DNA of 62,699 nt, filler included, from Globobulimina sp. (Eukaryota): NCBI GenBank assembly GCA_003354225.1. It is 27 parts of 27 records of this genome, joined end to end, with 100 filler letters (N's around TTAATTAATTAA, not from the genome) between each part and the next. Parts side by side here need not be neighbours in the genome. Positions count along the whole stretch, not along the records: positions 60,476 to 62,699 come from PIVH01008070.1; 26 more parts are not named here. The stretch is one strand, 5' to 3'. Made by a program: the position numbers and the translations under genes. Numbering within the stretch: the first letter of the stretch is position 1; every line of letters begins with the position of its first letter. The notes below the pieces were generated by a model that searched no databases, was not told the DNA's origin, and worked only from the letters and a program-made list of their open reading frames with translations. Shown here piece after piece: positions 60,376 through 62,699 of the stretch.

Positions 60376-60987
60376 NNNNNNNNNNNNNNNNNNNNNNNNN
60401 NNNNNNNNNNNNNNNNNNNTTAATTAATTAANNNNNNNNNNNNNNNNNNNNNNNNNNNNNNNNNNNNNNNNNNNNGTAATCATTTGATGTTTTCGTTTTG
60501 TAATCCATTTTGGAACTCTTTTCAAAACATGATATGTTTTAAAAAGCAACAGAAATGTGATAATTAAGATAAATGTGTCTCTCACAGGCTTGTGAGCCTC
60601 AAATCGGACATTTTGTACTAATATTTGTAGTTTAATTGTGTGCCCTTTTTTCGTTGAATATTTGCATGCATTAATTAAATATATATATATGTGATAAATG
60701 AATGATATATATATTTGATGTCGTATTGGACATCAAACTCCGCTCGTTTTCGGTGTGTTTTTTTTATTAATTTCCATAATCATTGTCGAGTTTATTGTAG
60801 TAAAGATGAGTTCTGATGGATATATTTGGTGATAGGATTTCGTTTAGATTGAAAACAGCTTAAATAAATCTTTAAGTTACTTCACTAAAAACGTTTGCTC
60901 TTGTTTTTAATGCTACGATGCTGCAAACCCATTGCATCATTCTATCTCAATTATTTGCGCTGTAATAGACGTTTGATCCTAAATTCA

Positions 60988-62691
60988 ATGGCCTCAAAGC
61001 GCAAACTACTAAACTCATCAAAGCACAAAACTGGAATAAAAAAGCAGCACATCACTCAACGATCTCAATCACAACCATTAATTCAACAATTTCTAAAAAA
61101 ATCTAAAAAACAAAACAAGACACTTCATCCAACAAACATTGTTAAAAAAATAGCACCGTACACTTCACCCTATCACAATCTGACAGAATGTCCAATGTGT
61201 TGCAAGCAGTTAAATGGACTCACTGTTTCTCATCGAGATATCCATATTAATATGTGTCTAGATTTAGCATTTAATGCACCAATAATTGATATTAACACAA
61301 ATGCAAACAATCATAATCACAGCACCAACCATTACAATTCAAACAACTCTGTAATACCAAAGTATGTTAAAAAATCGTTCAACGCTCGATATTTGAATCG
61401 GAAAAACAGAAATAAAAACAAATTAAATCGTTATTACACCTCAGCAGTAAGCAACACAGCTAATTGCATGTCGACAATGTCAGAAAAACAGACAAAGAAA
61501 GAGTACTATGACAGATATAAAAGATTGGATGGGAGCAACATTATAATTGATGGCTTTGTCGGCGCGGCTTCCTTTGCACCGTGTAATGCCATTTACTTTT
61601 TGACGCATTTCCACAGCGATCATTATAAGGGATTAACAAATAAATTCAATGCTGGTTTGGTATATTGCTCCGAGATAACTTCTCGTTTAATTTATGCGCA
61701 AATTGGAGTCAATCCTGAGATAATACGGCCTTTACCAATGTATAATCTGTATAAAAAAAAATGTGAGATTGAGGGCAGTGTTCCTTTGACATATGTTACT
61801 TTATTGGATGCGAATCACTGTCCCGGAGCTGTCATGTTTTTATTTGAAATGCATTTCAGTAAAGAAAATATTAAATATCAGCTGCATATTGGCGATGCAC
61901 GATGTGAGTTTGAGAGTAATTCGGTATTTTATCGCAAGAATTATCATATTCTGCGTGATTACTATGGTAAAATTGATAAATTATATTTAGATACAACGTA
62001 CTTAGAAACTAAAATGGATTTGCCGCGGCAGTCAGATGCAATACAATTTATTGCGGATAAATGTAAAATGTATCTCAATGACTATAATGATGATTTGGTG
62101 ATATTAATTGGGACATATAGTATTGGCAAAGAACGGGTTCTTAAACAAGTAGCAGAGGAATGTAAGAAACAAATATTTGTTACAGATAATAAACAGCATA
62201 TTTTTAATGCAGTTTATGTTGAAGAAAGTGGGGGAAATAACATATTTACAAATGATAAAAGCAAAACAAATATTTATGTGGTAGGAATGGGGGAGATTAG
62301 TTTTGGTACAATGTGGAAGTATCAAAGAGGAAAAGATACGAAAGTGATTGGGTTTAGACCAACGGGTTGGGCCTCGAATACATATCAGAGAAAAAAGGAA
62401 AAATATGTAATATATCCAGTGTATGAAAATAAAACAAGTCATTCTAATGTTATTTATGAGGTGCCGTACAGTGAACATTCTTCCTTTGTTGAATTATGTA
62501 AGTTTGTGAAAGATATAAATCCAAAAGAAATAATTCCGACAGTGAATAATAGGACTTTGGATAAAGTTAAATGGCAAATTGGAATTTTAGATCAATATAA
62601 AGATAAAGTTAAATATGAATATCATTCATTGTGTGAACATGATGAATCAAAACAGACAACGCTTGAAAATTATAATTTCATCCATGTTTAA
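60988..62691 (+). CDS. DCLRE1A: DNA cross-link repair nuclease SNM1A/Pso2 (MBL/beta-CASP) with UBZ finger
   Basis: CPMC..HINMCLD (UBZ4-like), FLTHFHSDHYKGL, DANHCPGA, HIGD, YLDTTY, GTYSIGKE, PTGW, VPYSEHSSF.EL. Confidence 0.93.
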   Translation: MASKRKLLNSSKHKTGIKKQHITQRSQSQPLIQQFLKKSKKQNKTLHPTNIVKKIAPYTSPYHNLTECPMCCKQLNGLTVSHRDIHINMCLDLAFNAPIIDINTNANNHNHSTNHYNSNNSVIPKYVKKSFNARYLNRKNRNKNKLNRYYTSAVSNTANCMSTMSEKQTKKEYYDRYKRLDGSNIIIDGFVGAASFAPCNAIYFLTHFHSDHYKGLTNKFNAGLVYCSEITSRLIYAQIGVNPEIIRPLPMYNLYKKKCEIEGSVPLTYVTLLDANHCPGAVMFLFEMHFSKENIKYQLHIGDARCEFESNSVFYRKNYHILRDYYGKIDKLYLDTTYLETKMDLPRQSDAIQFIADKCKMYLNDYNDDLVILIGTYSIGKERVLKQVAEECKKQIFVTDNKQHIFNAVYVEESGGNNIFTNDKSKTNIYVVGMGEISFGTMWKYQRGKDTKVIGFRPTGWASNTYQRKKEKYVIYPVYENKTSHSNVIYEVPYSEHSSFVELCKFVKDINPKEIIPTVNNRTLDKVKWQIGILDQYKDKVKYEYHSLCEHDESKQTTLENYNFIHV

Positions 62692-62699
62692 TTAACTAT

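Noticed and set aside
2229-60475. Regularly spaced TTAATTAATTAA motif as a biological repeat
   Set aside because: It is always embedded in N44 runs at contig joins and is an artificial six-frame stop linker. ORF tails ending X..LIN or X..N are artefacts.
1-62699. Operon or defence-island reading of RT, sirtuin, Nudix, NMNAT, ParA and nuclease together
   Set aside because: The genes lie on separate, length-sorted contigs, so adjacency is meaningless. The sirtuin is eukaryotic class I, not ThsA/DSR-like.

Overview
This window is not one locus. It is 27 unrelated contigs of 2224-2228 bp, sorted by length and joined by an artificial 100-nt spacer (N44-TTAATTAATTAA-N44), so no gene neighbourhood crosses a spacer. 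Most contigs are AT-rich eukaryotic DNA with short spliceosomal introns (about 58-145 nt). The host is probably a foraminiferan/rhizarian protist (inference from 7TM-RGS, Cys-rich surface proteins and a GYIR-type motif). Recognisable host genes include a sirtuin, a spastin-like AAA ATPase, KDM4, SNM1A, a HECT E3, an alkyl sulfatase and an MFS sugar porter. Non-host pieces are a bacterial plasmid-like replicon (repeat array, parA, rep-like gene), a Bacteroidota-like gene fragment, phage structural gene fragments and a histidine-kinase tail; several are joined to eukaryotic DNA inside a contig, as expected for whole-genome-amplification chimeras. Best leads: (1) a DIRS/Ngaro-type retrotransposon whose RT appears to carry a SAM domain inserted after motif B; (2) a replicon whose 11-bp repeat occurs both upstream of parA and inside the rep-like gene, next to an encoded hairpin; (3) a sirtuin-GGCT fusion; (4) modular CTAG-rich palindromic MITE-like elements, one with a target-site duplication containing a start codon; (5) a spliced, secreted Asp-rich membrane protein missed by the ORF track. 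All family calls are by eye from motifs; no searches were run.
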